Below, in pieces: positions 47,465-57,489 of a stretch of DNA of 64,000 nucleotides (positions within the stretch are counted from its first letter, which is position 1; each line of letters starts with the position of its first letter). The stretch covers positions 1,856,001 to 1,920,000 of the forward strand of contig OZ243974.1 of the NCBI GenBank assembly GCA_965214775.1. Direction: 5' to 3'. The stretch is from Nitrosopumilus sp. GTDB taxonomy: Archaea; Thermoproteota; Nitrososphaeria; Nitrososphaerales; Nitrosopumilaceae. Made by a program: the position numbers and the translations under genes. Below the pieces are notes generated by a model. It worked only from the letters and a program-made list of their open reading frames with translations. It did no database searches and had not been told where the DNA came from.

Positions 47465-48363
47465 GCTGGCGTGTAATCTTTTGCCTGACCTGCCAAAGAT
47501 CTTGCTTGGGCATCTGCTTTTTGTAAAATCTGTTCTCTGGTCTCATGGGTCATAAATCCTGATTCCACAGACAGCGAACGAGCATATTGTGATGCCTTTG
47601 ATAGAATTTGTGAAATATTTTCAGGTGTAACATATGCTGCTTCAATAGACAGTGAAACTGCTTCCTGGTGAGCCTGTACGAATTCGCCTCTGATTTTATC
47701 CACATCGATGACCATTTCGTCTGATGTATACTTCAAACCGTCTTCTAGTGCAGCAAATAATGAAATCCCTGCTTCTACCGGTTTGATGTCCAACTTGCCT
47801 AAAATCGATGCTAATTTTTCGTTAATCACTTCTCCCTTTTTGACTGGCGTACTGTCTTTTGCGATCCAGATGGTTCCTTGATCAATCTTTGTGGGGATTC
47901 CGGCCTCTTTGAATTCAGTAAGCATTGGCCCTGGCGCAATCCCCGTGTTCTTTTCAGGAACAAGAACATCGGTGCTTGCAATATCTCCGCCTCTTGCATT
48001 CATCATGATCTTGTTTTTTGCAAGCAAGACGTTTAGCTTGAACGGTGACATGTTAGTGAACATAAACATACATTGGCCAGTAAGATCTTCTGACAGTTCC
48101 TTGATTCCGGGAACACCTGATGATTCGGGAGCGTCTAATGATTCAGGAGCAACCAATGATTCAAGAGCCTTCTTTGCAATTTTGTCTTTGATACTTACAA
48201 ATTCAACGTCACCTTTGAGAATCTTTCTTAATGGCAAAATTTGTGTGGAACGGACCTTTTCCATCTTGATGAGGGAAATCACTTTGTATTTTTTTGGAAG
48301 CTCTTGCAGCTGTTGATACATCTGGGCCTTTCTTTTAGGGTATGTGGTTCTATTTTCACGCAA
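47461..48363 (-). CDS. rpl10: 50S ribosomal protein L10 (aP0)
   Basis: ARGGDIA, NTGIAPGP, IPTKIDQGTI. Confidence 0.94.
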   Translation of the reverse strand: MRENRTTYPKRKAQMYQQLQELPKKYKVISLIKMEKVRSTQILPLRKILKGDVEFVSIKDKIAKKALESLVAPESLDAPESSGVPGIKELSEDLTGQCMFMFTNMSPFKLNVLLAKNKIMMNARGGDIASTDVLVPEKNTGIAPGPMLTEFKEAGIPTKIDQGTIWIAKDSTPVKKGEVINEKLASILGKLDIKPVEAGISLFAALEDGLKYTSDEMVIDVDKIRGEFVQAHQEAVSLSIEAAYVTPENISQILSKASQYARSLSVESGFMTHETREQILQKADAQARSLAGQAKDYTPA

Positions 48364-49018
48364 ATTTCTTCTTAACCTCTTGTACCTGTTTTACCGGTCT
48401 GCCCATTGTTGTTTTAATCATGACTCTCTTGATGTTTTTCTCACCGTTTGGCAGTTTCTTTTCAACTGCACTCAGGACTGCATGTGCATTGACTGCCAAA
48501 TCCGCATCTTCCATTGTCTGATCCCCGATTTTGCATGACATTGACAGTGATGCTCTTGTCCTGACCTTGATTGATGATCTGAATCTTTGCAAAAACGATT
48601 CAATGGGGGCGTTAAATGGAACCGGAGTCGGCATTTTTCCTCTTGGTCCTAACAGTTGACCTAGTGTTTTGCCAACTAACGGCATTACCTGCGTGTCTGC
48701 CAAAAAGAAATCATATCTGTTGATGAATTTTCTTGACTCCCTCTTGTTGGCTGCAAATTTTTCTAATTCTTCTGTACCTACAACTGCATCGGCGTTTGCT
48801 TGTTTTGCTTTTTGCCCCATGTCTCCTGTTGCCATGACGCATACTGTTGCAGGCGAACTGGTCTTTGGGAGCTGTACGACCTCGTTTAGGGCGAATCCTT
48901 TCTTGACGTCGATATCTTTGAAGTTCATAATCAGCTCTATTGACTGCTTGAATTTTCTCTCTTTTGCAGCGGATTTGGCCTCTTTTGCCATCTGAGCTAG
49001 CTGAGCCTCCGTAATCAT
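48356..49018 (-). CDS. rpl1: 50S ribosomal protein L1
   Basis: RKFKQSIEL, LGPRGKMPTP, KTTMG. Confidence 0.95.
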   Translation of the reverse strand: MITEAQLAQMAKEAKSAAKERKFKQSIELIMNFKDIDVKKGFALNEVVQLPKTSSPATVCVMATGDMGQKAKQANADAVVGTEELEKFAANKRESRKFINRYDFFLADTQVMPLVGKTLGQLLGPRGKMPTPVPFNAPIESFLQRFRSSIKVRTRASLSMSCKIGDQTMEDADLAVNAHAVLSAVEKKLPNGEKNIKRVMIKTTMGRPVKQVQEVKKKFA

Positions 49019-49077
49019 TACGAACATTTTCGAGAGAGCCTACTTAAAATCGTTTTACTTGTCCCAGTCGACAGCAT

Positions 49078-49168
49078 GCAAGAGTTTACCCCTCAGTCGA
49101 CACTACTGGCCGGAGTCTTCATGATCACGCCTGCCACACCGTATCTCAGGTGAGGGGTAAACTCGTAC
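49078..49168. mobile_element. 91-bp IS66-type MITE
   Basis: GCAAGAGTTTACCCCTC / GAGGGGTAAACTCGTAC; TSD (C/T)GACAGCAT. Confidence 0.88.
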
Positions 49169-49173
49169 TGACA

Positions 49174-49278
49174 GCATACATCAAGTACTATAACGAGTGT
49201 AGGCTGCACTTTGGGCCGGACACAGCCCGCCGCCGGACGCTCACCATGGCATTCTCGGACAAGACGGCCACAGAAGCG
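49174..49278 (+). pseudogene. IS481 3' fragment
   Basis: AYIKYYNECRLHFG...MAFSDKTATEA matches the IS481 C-terminus. Confidence 0.75.
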
Positions 49279-49302
49279 GGGTGTGACTTTAACTCTAGGC
49301 AG

Positions 49303-49437
49303 AGAGGTGATCCGAAATTAAAAGCCGTACGAATTTTTCAAGTAATTTCACAGATAACCTGTATTTTGTTGATGTTTTGAGCTGTCTTGTGCAAATTCAT
49401 TCACAAATAATCAGTCTGCTAATTTCGAATCAACTCT
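49303..49437. mobile_element. 135-bp MITE (IS5/ISL2-like ends)
   Basis: TIR AGAGGTGATCCGAAATTA / TAATTTCGAATCAACTCT; 3-bp TSD CAG; homologous to about 52657-52873. Confidence 0.85.
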
Positions 49438-49466
49438 CAGGGGCTAACCTATTATCTATGTGTCAC

Positions 49467-49474
49467 GTTTATAA
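49467..49474 (-). promoter_or_regulatory. Outward-facing TATA box, predicted to drive the recombinase after circularisation
   Basis: TTATAAAC on the minus strand; in the circle junction it starts 29 nt upstream of the GTG. Confidence 0.55.
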
Positions 49475-49539
49475 GGATTCCACGCGCAACGGTGTTGTGA
49501 GGCATGGCTTTGGCTGGGGGTCTCTTCCTGACAATTCCA

Positions 49540-49670
49540 AAATGAAGGTCGGACACTTATCTATACGAGGATCTCCCTCAGCACCATTCTTCATCCATTT
49601 ATCAGAACCATTCTGCAGTTACAAAACGAGGATCGCCCTCAACTAGGTTAACGCAGATTAAAGTTCTAAC
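49540..49670 (-). ncRNA. Predicted bridge RNA with target-binding and donor-binding loops
   Basis: Two TGAGG-G(C/A)GAT-CCTCG hairpins, each under an internal loop matching the element's target and donor junctions; RNA ends approximate. Confidence 0.75.
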
Positions 49671-49690
49671 TGTAATGGTAATACCAACAT

Positions 49691-50821
49691 TCATTTCACA
49701 CACGCATCTCCTATGCACTGCTTGAAGGTCATCCTCTTCTTTAGCATCCAGTATGATATGCGCAGCATCTTGGATGCGGCAGCCACTGCGGCCTTGGACA
49801 TTCCCCTCTTCTTTGCAACCCTCTTGTAAAAGACAGATATCGGCGAGTCTGACGGCGCATGTCTTACGTGGCTGTGTACTGACTCCACCAGGAGCCACCT
49901 CATCATGGGGCTGCCCCTCTTTGTTATCCTTCCATGGTGGACGGTGTCTGCCGAGTTTCTCACAGACGGCACCATTCCGGCATACGCGCACAGCTTGTGT
50001 GAGTCGGCAAACCTGTCAACGCCGTCTATCTCTGATGCCATGGTCAGCGCGGTGTAGCTGCCAAACCCGGGAATCGTCTGCAGTAAGACTGCATCCGGAC
50101 TGTCGGCAACCGCGCTCTTGATGCGCATGTCAATGCCTACTATCCTGTCGTTTATGGAGTCAATTATGCTTAATTTGTCATTTATCCTAAAGTTGTCCAG
50201 ATCTCTCACCCTTGAGATCCACGGTCTGGAGAACGGATCCCCATTTACCTGTATCCTGTTTTGCAGCAGTATTGCGTGTATCTGGTTCTTTAGTACGGTC
50301 CTTGACTGTATCGTCTTTGCGCGGTGCCTGGTCAGCTGCCTGTTCTGTACAGTCTTGCCGGAGGGAACGTAGCATGCAGATATGTATCCTCCCCTGAGAA
50401 GATCTGCCAGAATCTGCGCGTCGACCTTGTCTGTCTTTTTCTTTGATGTGGCAATAACCTTGGTCTCAAACGGGTTTGAGAGGATCACGTCCCTTTTGAG
50501 ACTGTCTGAAATGAACCTGAACAGCCCGTACCATACTGAAGAGGACTCCATGACGCACTTTGCATTCTTTGGAATCCCTGCAAATATCTTCCTTATCTCG
50601 TCGTCCTTGTTGTCGACTCTTGTGTTACTCAGCATCTTGCCGCCCTTGTCCATCACCGCGACCTGGATGAAATTCTTGCGCACGTCCAGGCCGACATACT
50701 GCTGCTGTTGTTGTTGTATTTGTACAGTCTTTGATTTCACATGTATCCTCTTTTTTGCGGTAATCTGTTTGTTTGCATTGCCATTTATCTTGGCACCATC
50801 TGAATTTTGTTTTTGAGACAC
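49691..50821 (-). CDS. IS110 recombinase/transposase
   Basis: VGLDV, VMES, KTDKVDA (DEDD); TIPGFG, YAGMVPSVRNSA, ITKRGS. Confidence 0.93.
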   Translation of the reverse strand: MSQKQNSDGAKINGNANKQITAKKRIHVKSKTVQIQQQQQQYVGLDVRKNFIQVAVMDKGGKMLSNTRVDNKDDEIRKIFAGIPKNAKCVMESSSVWYGLFRFISDSLKRDVILSNPFETKVIATSKKKTDKVDAQILADLLRGGYISACYVPSGKTVQNRQLTRHRAKTIQSRTVLKNQIHAILLQNRIQVNGDPFSRPWISRVRDLDNFRINDKLSIIDSINDRIVGIDMRIKSAVADSPDAVLLQTIPGFGSYTALTMASEIDGVDRFADSHKLCAYAGMVPSVRNSADTVHHGRITKRGSPMMRWLLVESVHSHVRHAPSDSPISVFYKRVAKKRGMSKAAVAAASKMLRISYWMLKKRMTFKQCIGDACVK

Positions 50822-50960
50822 ATATGGTTACATTGAAAGACCTTGATCATCAAAAAGCGCATTCCTGCGTAGTTCATACCCATATGCGCTCGGACTTTTG
50901 ATCGTCACTATAACTGGCGTCATAGAATCATTAATTTAGTATCTTTATTCACAGAATGCT

Positions 50961-52178
50961 ATGACTGCAAAGGACTACACAGGGTTGGCAGTTGGGCTGA
51001 GGGAGGCCGAGAGGCGTACAATAATGATCCTCGGCGAGGAGAATTTCGACATAGTACTGGGACTCAAGTCCCTGATGGAGGCACGCAATGTGGACGTCTC
51101 GCTAGGCATGTCCTCCCGTCTTGACGATGAACCGTACAACTCCAAACTACTCGACTGGCTGGAAGAGTTCGATGCCGAGGACGGGGAGATGGAGACTGAG
51201 GGGAAATCGCTGGCTCGCATGGGCTTGGTAAGAAGTACAAGATCCGGCGTGCTCGAGCTTACCGAGGATGGAAGAAGGGTGTATGAGGTCATAAAGACAC
51301 AGTCCGAACAAGAGGAGGTCGTGAGGGTCCAGAATCTTGCCGGGTATGTCAAGGAACTGCCAGAGGAGCATATCATGGGCATCGTGTTGCGTTATTATCC
51401 GTTCATGGCCGGCTTTGACACGAGTTCCCCCACATATGGGGATCTGATATCGGCTCGGAGGAGGCTCGCAGGATACCTGTACAGGGAGAACAAACTTGGT
51501 GTCCGGAACGCGGAGCTGATGGCAGGCACGGACGTGGAGAGCCTTCTCAAGGACGCAGGCAGGCGCCGGACCAGGCGCAACAAGTTCAGGGAACACATGA
51601 CGATCGAGGAAAGGGTCGAGGAGCTCAGCGGGGATGCCAGGGGCTTCTTACTGATGTTAAGCGAACACGACCGCAGTCTAGGATCCGCCCCCACACACAC
51701 GCATGAGAGAGGCATCATCAGATCAATATTTCCAGAGCCGTTAGGCAACGACTATGGCGAGATGCTCCCTCCGGATCCCGCATGGGACGAAATCGCCGAG
51801 GATGCAAAAGACCTTGTGGACTCGGGCCTGATAGAGGACAACATGGGTAGTGGGTTCGATCTTACTGATGACGGAAGGAAGGCGTGCGAGGTGATAAGGG
51901 AGAGGTCTGGCGAGGAGGTCCAGCAGGCCGAGAAATTCAAGGAGTTCCTTGACGGCCTGACCGAAGAGGAGTTTGCGGCCCACTCCCTGTTGGGCAGCCC
52001 ATACCGGGAGGCTAACATTCAAAAGTCCGAAGCGTTTACGAACCTGCTGGCAAAACGCGTCGAGCTTGCAGCGTCCATGTACGCAAAGAACAAGATCGAC
52101 GTCCAGAGGGCCGCGCTAATCGCAGACATGGACGTGAATGAGTTTCTCGCGTACATAGAGGAGCATGGAAGTGGGTAA
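50961..52178 (+). CDS. Protein with two tandem winged-helix plus UPF0175-like modules
   Basis: GLV/I...LT(E/D)DGR...YP...R..LA..(L/M)Y..NK...A...A..DV repeated in both halves. Confidence 0.65.
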   Translation: MTAKDYTGLAVGLREAERRTIMILGEENFDIVLGLKSLMEARNVDVSLGMSSRLDDEPYNSKLLDWLEEFDAEDGEMETEGKSLARMGLVRSTRSGVLELTEDGRRVYEVIKTQSEQEEVVRVQNLAGYVKELPEEHIMGIVLRYYPFMAGFDTSSPTYGDLISARRRLAGYLYRENKLGVRNAELMAGTDVESLLKDAGRRRTRRNKFREHMTIEERVEELSGDARGFLLMLSEHDRSLGSAPTHTHERGIIRSIFPEPLGNDYGEMLPPDPAWDEIAEDAKDLVDSGLIEDNMGSGFDLTDDGRKACEVIRERSGEEVQQAEKFKEFLDGLTEEEFAAHSLLGSPYREANIQKSEAFTNLLAKRVELAASMYAKNKIDVQRAALIADMDVNEFLAYIEEHGSG

Positions 52179-52354
52179 ACGCACCCAAGTGCATAAATCT
52201 ATCTTCCCGTCAGTCGCATGCCTTTTTGACACATGGCAGCAACTGCCACAGATTGTCTCCGACCCGGAGCTCCCACCAGATCACCACGACCTGCAGGTGC
52301 CCCGCTTGTAATGTCCTCAAAATCAAATCAGGTGCAGGCGCAGCAGGCGCCCGG

Positions 52355-52873
52355 AGAGTTGATTCGAAATTAGCAGATTCTGATCAAATGGACACAATCA
52401 GTGGATACAGGTACCGACGTCGTACCCTCATCAGGAAAAAACTCGGCGACAAGCTCACCTATGTGTAAAAGGAATACCATGTCACACACCCGGGGATACG
52501 CGCGTACGTGGAGAACGTCATACGCAGGGTCAAAACATGCAGGATCATGGGCGACCTGTACCAGAACCCGCTCAAAAAGTACGACCTTGTCTGCAGCATC
52601 ATATGCGGGATGGTCAACGAGGGGATGCCGGCCAGGATCGCCGCTGCTGCGCCCTGAGAGATGATCTAAAATTAGAAGCCGTACGAATTTTTCAAGTAAT
52701 TTCACAGATAATCTGTATTTTGTTGGTGTTTTGAGCCGTTCTATAGCAACGGGCAGAAGTCTTTGAGTCAAAGCAGGTCATAACTACACGTAAAAAACCT
52801 CAATTATTTCTGCTCGTTGCTATATGCAAGATTCGTCCACAAATAATGAGTCTGCTAATTTCGAATCAACTCA
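52355..52873 (+). mobile_element. Internally deleted IS5/ISL2-like element
   Basis: TIR GAGTTGATTCGAAATTAGCAGA at both ends; residual RVENVIRRVKTCRIMGDLYQNPLKKYD...GMVN transposase C-terminus. Confidence 0.78.
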
Positions 52874-52998
52874 GGTAACAAGAAAAAGGATCCTTTCGAT
52901 TCACATTTCGCTTAGCTGGCAAAGGAACAACAAGATTGCTGCCATGATTACAAGCCTGCACAAAATTCTTTATTAGTAAGAAATTTCTTACTTTTTGT

Positions 52999-53265
52999 AT
53001 GGAAGACACGATTCTAAAAACAATCACCGTATCAGAAAAAGGACAAATCACAATTCCAAGAGAAATTCAAAAAAAACTTGGGATCAACAAAGGAGACAAC
53101 CTAATAGTGGCAAAGATTCATGAAAAAATCGTAATCTTACTTGAGTCGGATTTTTTAAAAATTCTCGAAGATGATTTTGAGGATGTGATGAAATACTCAG
53201 AGTCATCACTGGAGAAAATTTGGTCAGACAAAGGAGACAAGGTATGGGAGAAATATCTGCAATGA
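52999..53265 (+). CDS. AbrB/MazE-family antitoxin
   Basis: VSEKGQITIPREIQKKLGINKGD. Confidence 0.9.
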   Translation: MEDTILKTITVSEKGQITIPREIQKKLGINKGDNLIVAKIHEKIVILLESDFLKILEDDFEDVMKYSESSLEKIWSDKGDKVWEKYLQ

Positions 53266-53597
53266 CATCACAAGGAGACATCGTATTGCTATCATTTCCG
53301 TTCTCCGATCTTAAAAGCACAAAGGTAAGGCCTGCAATTGTTTTATCAAACAACAAATACAATAAGGCATCTCAAGATATAATTGCAGTACCGATAACCT
53401 CAAATCTCAAAGTAGGCCAATTTGATATTTTGATAAAAAACAAAGACTTGGAAAAGGGAAAATTGATTGTTGACAGTAAGATCAAGACAGATAAAATTTT
53501 CTCAGTTGAGAAAAGATTTATCCAGAAAAATTTGGGCAGTATTAACAAGCAAACATTTGCAAAATTAAAAACGAATGTTTTGGATATTTTAAATTGA
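53262..53597 (+). CDS. PemK/MazF-family toxin
   Basis: QGDIVLLSFPFSD...KVRPAIVLS...AVPITS; ATGA overlap with the antitoxin. Confidence 0.9.
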   Translation: MTSQGDIVLLSFPFSDLKSTKVRPAIVLSNNKYNKASQDIIAVPITSNLKVGQFDILIKNKDLEKGKLIVDSKIKTDKIFSVEKRFIQKNLGSINKQTFAKLKTNVLDILN

Positions 53598-53700
53598 AAT
53601 TTTCAGAGCCGTCAAGAAACTAGATTTGATTAAAAAACAATCTAAATGATGGAAAAAGCATCTCCGAAGAAACGTGTTCGGACACGAGGGGTTCAGGATA

Positions 53701-54570
53701 ATGGAGAGGTCGAAGCTCAGATTGTGCAAGTTCTGCGACTCTGGCAACGTCATCAAGAAGGGAACAAGAAAAAACAAGAATGGCGATGTGCAGATTTTCA
53801 AGTGTAGCGACTGCAACAGTTGATTTACGGCAAACCTTGGCTTTGAGAAAAAACAGTTTGACGACAGAACCATAACTGCTTCCATGCAGATGTACTATAC
53901 GGGAATGTCGGTGCGGAATATCGCAGACCATTACGAGATGATGGGAATTGATGTGTGCCATAAGACCGTCTACAACTGGATTGACGAGTACTCCAAACTC
54001 ACCACACGGTACATAAACGGAATCGTCCCGATGGTCGGCAGCTGGTTCAGGGCCGACGAGTTGTGGGTAAAAATCGCAGGAAAGCAGTGCTATCTTTTTG
54101 CATCAATGGATGATGACACACGCTACTGGCTGGCTTCCGACCTTGCAGACAACAAGTTCCAGCACAATGCGGACAGCCTGCTACAGCTAACCAAGCTGCA
54201 AGCTGGCAAGTCACCCAGGAACTTTATCACTGATGGCCTGCATGCATACATGAAATCATCCAAGAAGGTGTTTGGAAATAAGACAAACCATGTAAGGCAC
54301 ATCCACCTGGCTGGAAAAAGAGACCGTGACAATAACAACAAGATGGAGAGGCTCAACGGCGAGATCAGAGACCGCGAGAAGGTGTTCCGGGGCCTCAAGA
54401 AGATGGATACTGCTATACTTGACGGAATGAGGGTATACTATAATTTCACGAAAAAACACGGTGCACTGGACGGCCAGACCCCGGCAGAATCGGCCCTGAT
54501 AAGCGTGGACGGTACGAACAAGCGGAAGACGATAATCCAGAACGCCTCACTAAGTAAAAATTCAGCCTAG
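53701..54570 (+). pseudogene. IS6-family transposase with an in-frame TGA at 53821
   Basis: CKFC...CSDC zinc ribbon, ADELWVK, ITDG, NNKMERLNG; end motif TTACACAGAACC near 54629. Confidence 0.82.
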
Positions 54571-54635
54571 TCGTAAAAATCGAATCTGAAGAAGATCCAT
54601 ATTTCAGGTCTCGAAGATTACACAGAACCCCAGAT

Positions 54636-55695
54636 TCTATTGTACGAAAAGTCGGTCCGCCTAGGATCAGGAGGACAATAGCGGACTATTTTAGGCTGTA
54701 CCGATCACGAAAAACCATGAAAAAAATACTGACAGAAGAGTCACGGCAGTACCTAGTAAGACAGTGCAAGAAAGGCGTCGCGTCCTCCAAGATAGCAAAG
54801 GATCTGAACATCACGGCAAGGCACGTAAGGAGGCTGTGGGCCCGGTTCCAGGCAACAGGTACGACGCGCGTGAAAATGGGCAGGCCGCATGTCCCGGTCA
54901 CAGCCGCCCAGATACGTCTGGTGACCGGGACGCACGAGGGCGAACCGACAGGCGTACTGCGCACCGCAGGCAGGCTGAGGCACAATCACAATACAAGCTA
55001 CCGTGCAGTATACCGCATAATGAAGAAGAACAACCTGGTGGTCCCGTCTGCGGCAAAATCAAAAAAGAGGGGATACGTCCGCTACGAACGCAAGTACTCC
55101 AACGCGATGTGGCACGCAGACTGGCATGAAATGAAGGATCCGCGCCTAAAGGGACTCAATCTAGTCACGTATCTTGACGATGCCTCAAGGTGCATTACGG
55201 GGGCCGCACTATTTGAGCATGCCACCTCTGAGAACGCCGTAATGACACTCAGGCTGGCGATTGAACGGTTTGGCACGCCTGCATCCATACTGTCTGACAA
55301 TGGCTCGTGCTTTGTAGGACAGAACGGCAGAAAAAAGGCGGCCTCCAAAGGCGGCACCGGCATGGGGACGTGGCAGTCCACGCTCTTTGAGGAGGAGCTG
55401 CTTGCACGGGACATCATCCTGATAAACACCGGGCCCTACCACCCGCAGACCAACGGCAAGCTTGAGCGGTTCCATCGCACCATCGAGGAGAAGATATGGC
55501 ATTATGACGGCCTGAGGCAGTACGTGGACTATTACAACGAGAGAAGGCCCCCACTTTTCGTTTGACATTGCCAACTGTGAGACGCCGCTTCTGGCGTTTA
55601 GAAGCAAGGAGGCAACGGAAGCGATCAGGAGGAAGGACCCAAAATGGATGGAGAGGGATGCAGATGACTAGCGGACCGACTTTTCATATAATACA
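54636..55695 (+). mobile_element. IS481-family element (second subtype); ORF 54717-55565 frameshifted near its 3' end
   Basis: 25-bp imperfect TIR; WHADW, LSDNG, HPQTNGKLERFH; conserved tail KDPKWMERD is out of frame. Confidence 0.87.
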
Positions 55696-55745
55696 ACAGA
55701 ACCACTACGCACAATCTTTTTTTATAGGCCAGTGGAACAACAAGC

Positions 55746-56147
55746 ATGTCTGGAACAAAGCAGCTAGAATCCCCGCCATTGTCTGACGAGGAGATACGGG
55801 ACATCAAGGAGTTTTACGCCCATCCCGAAGGACACAAAAAAGGAACCCTTCAAGAGCTGCTTGATGAACTGCACAGAGTATAGGAATGTGGGAGTTAATC
55901 TGGTCTGAAAGATTCATCAAGCAGTACAAAAAACTGGACAGTAAAATAAGACAGTGTAGATGATGCAATTACCGTCCTTGCAACATCTGATAGTCCGTCT
56001 GCCCTTGGCACATACAAATCCGGAATGAGAACGTTTTCCTATGAGTTGGGCCGCAAACATAGAATCATATACTTTATCCAATACCAAGCTGGAGCAATAG
56101 AATTGCTACGAGTGTGTGACCACAAGTCAGCATACGGTAAGGACTGA
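55746..56147 (+). pseudogene. Decayed antitoxin plus RelE/YafQ-like toxin pair, both frameshifted
   Basis: LSDEEIRDIKEF...TLQELLDELH (to 55883); MWELIWSERFIKQYKKLD / RIIYFI...LLRVCDHKSAY (55886-56147). Confidence 0.65.
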
Positions 56148-56378
56148 CTCCATCTCCCACCGGAGACGATCCCATCCAGACTCGCACTATACCGTGACCC
56201 GCCCAGTATGGCAACTGGATCTTGTGCGTAATCGACCGCGATTAAAAATTCCACATGGTTTTCCAAACACAGGTGCGTTGATCAGATCAAGCTGCTGCAT
56301 GCATAGTCAACTCATAAAAAACGGATAGTTTCGGCAGCTGCTTTTGGCCCAAGGATCTAAATGAAGAGCATAAACTCT

Positions 56379-56669
56379 TCAAATCGGGGACTTGGTTCCG
56401 AGGTACTCCATGATGTCATCCGCGAAGCTGGTAGTCCTCAGGTATTCTGACAGCGCATGTCTCATCTCCTCGAATGTTGCATAGTACTCGGAGACGAGGA
56501 CGTCCCGCTTTGTCTGGTGCCAGTATTCCTCCATGCCGCTGAGCTCCGGGGTGGCAACCGGCAGATACCTGACCCTTACGGTATCTGGATTGTCTGCCAC
56601 GAACTTTTTTACATCCCGGGTGGTATGCGCAGACGCGCCGTCCATTATTGCCAGGACCTTTCCAAACAT
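56379..56669 (-). pseudogene. IS630 transposase 3' fragment
   Basis: MDGASAH, YLPVATPELSGMEEYW. Confidence 0.75.
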
Positions 56670-57033
56670 CTCTGGCCTAGAGATCTGGCCACCAAACCAA
56701 GGAAAATCCGAATCCGGTGAAGTTCCATATCCCCAATTTTACATAGAACCAAAAACCGGAACAGTCCAATGGAAATAATGGGTAATGGTGACTAGGGTCG
56801 GAGAATATCCATGTTTCAGGTCTCTAAGATTACAGAACCTTGCCGCGCAATACCTAAATCAGGAGTGCCAGATCGATTATCGGAACGCAAAAAGGATCCA
56901 ATATAGTTATGGTACCCTGAAAATCCGTTATTTTTAAAAAAATTGCAAGTTTTCTTTCAAATAATTGAAATTACGTAGCATATTTTTCCCAAAACCTACA
57001 TATATTAAATCACAAGGAGAATTTTCTAACAAC

Positions 57034-57489
57034 TTGCACCGATTTGATGAATTGGATATGAAATTACTTTATGAACTAACAAAAGATGGCTCCATTTCAA
57101 TTCCGACTTTGTCAAAGAAGCTCGGAATTAACGCATCTGTACTGTACAGCAGAATCAAGAGACTGATGAAGAAAAAACTAATCAAGAAATTTACCGTTGA
57201 AATTGACGATTCCCTCCTGGGCATTGGCGTAAAGGCCTCTGTGGGAATAAACAGGGATCCTAAGTTCAAAGACACAATCCACAAACAGTTCATGGAAACT
57301 CCCGAAGTAGTCTCGATTTCTGAAGTTACCGGACGGTTTGACATCATGATTCAGGTTTATGCCAAAAACCTGGAATCGCTTCATTCTGTAGTAATCGAAA
57401 AAATAGGAAAGATTCCGGGCATTCAAAACACCGAAACGTTTGTCCAACTGCAAAAAACTGACAAGGATCCTGTGTATCTGATTCAGTAA
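57034..57489 (+). CDS. Lrp/AsnC transcriptional regulator
   Basis: DELDMKLL...LSKKLGIN...RIKRL, EVTGRFD; TTG start inferred. Confidence 0.92.
   Translation: MHRFDELDMKLLYELTKDGSISIPTLSKKLGINASVLYSRIKRLMKKKLIKKFTVEIDDSLLGIGVKASVGINRDPKFKDTIHKQFMETPEVVSISEVTGRFDIMIQVYAKNLESLHSVVIEKIGKIPGIQNTETFVQLQKTDKDPVYLIQ

Larger units (their letters stand above)
49455..50827 (-). mobile_element. IS110-family (IS1111-like) element
   Basis: TTA core on both sides (49452-49454, 50828-50830); sub-terminal IR TATGTGTC/GACACATA; long 3' non-coding end. Confidence 0.85.

Noticed and set aside
53821-53823. TGA (and TAG at 46020-46022) as Sec/Pyl recoding
   Set aside because: Both are in decayed transposases with other lesions and no recoding signals are visible
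54622-55710. Long TSD around the third IS481
   Set aside because: Only ACAGAACC matches; the remaining flank bases differ
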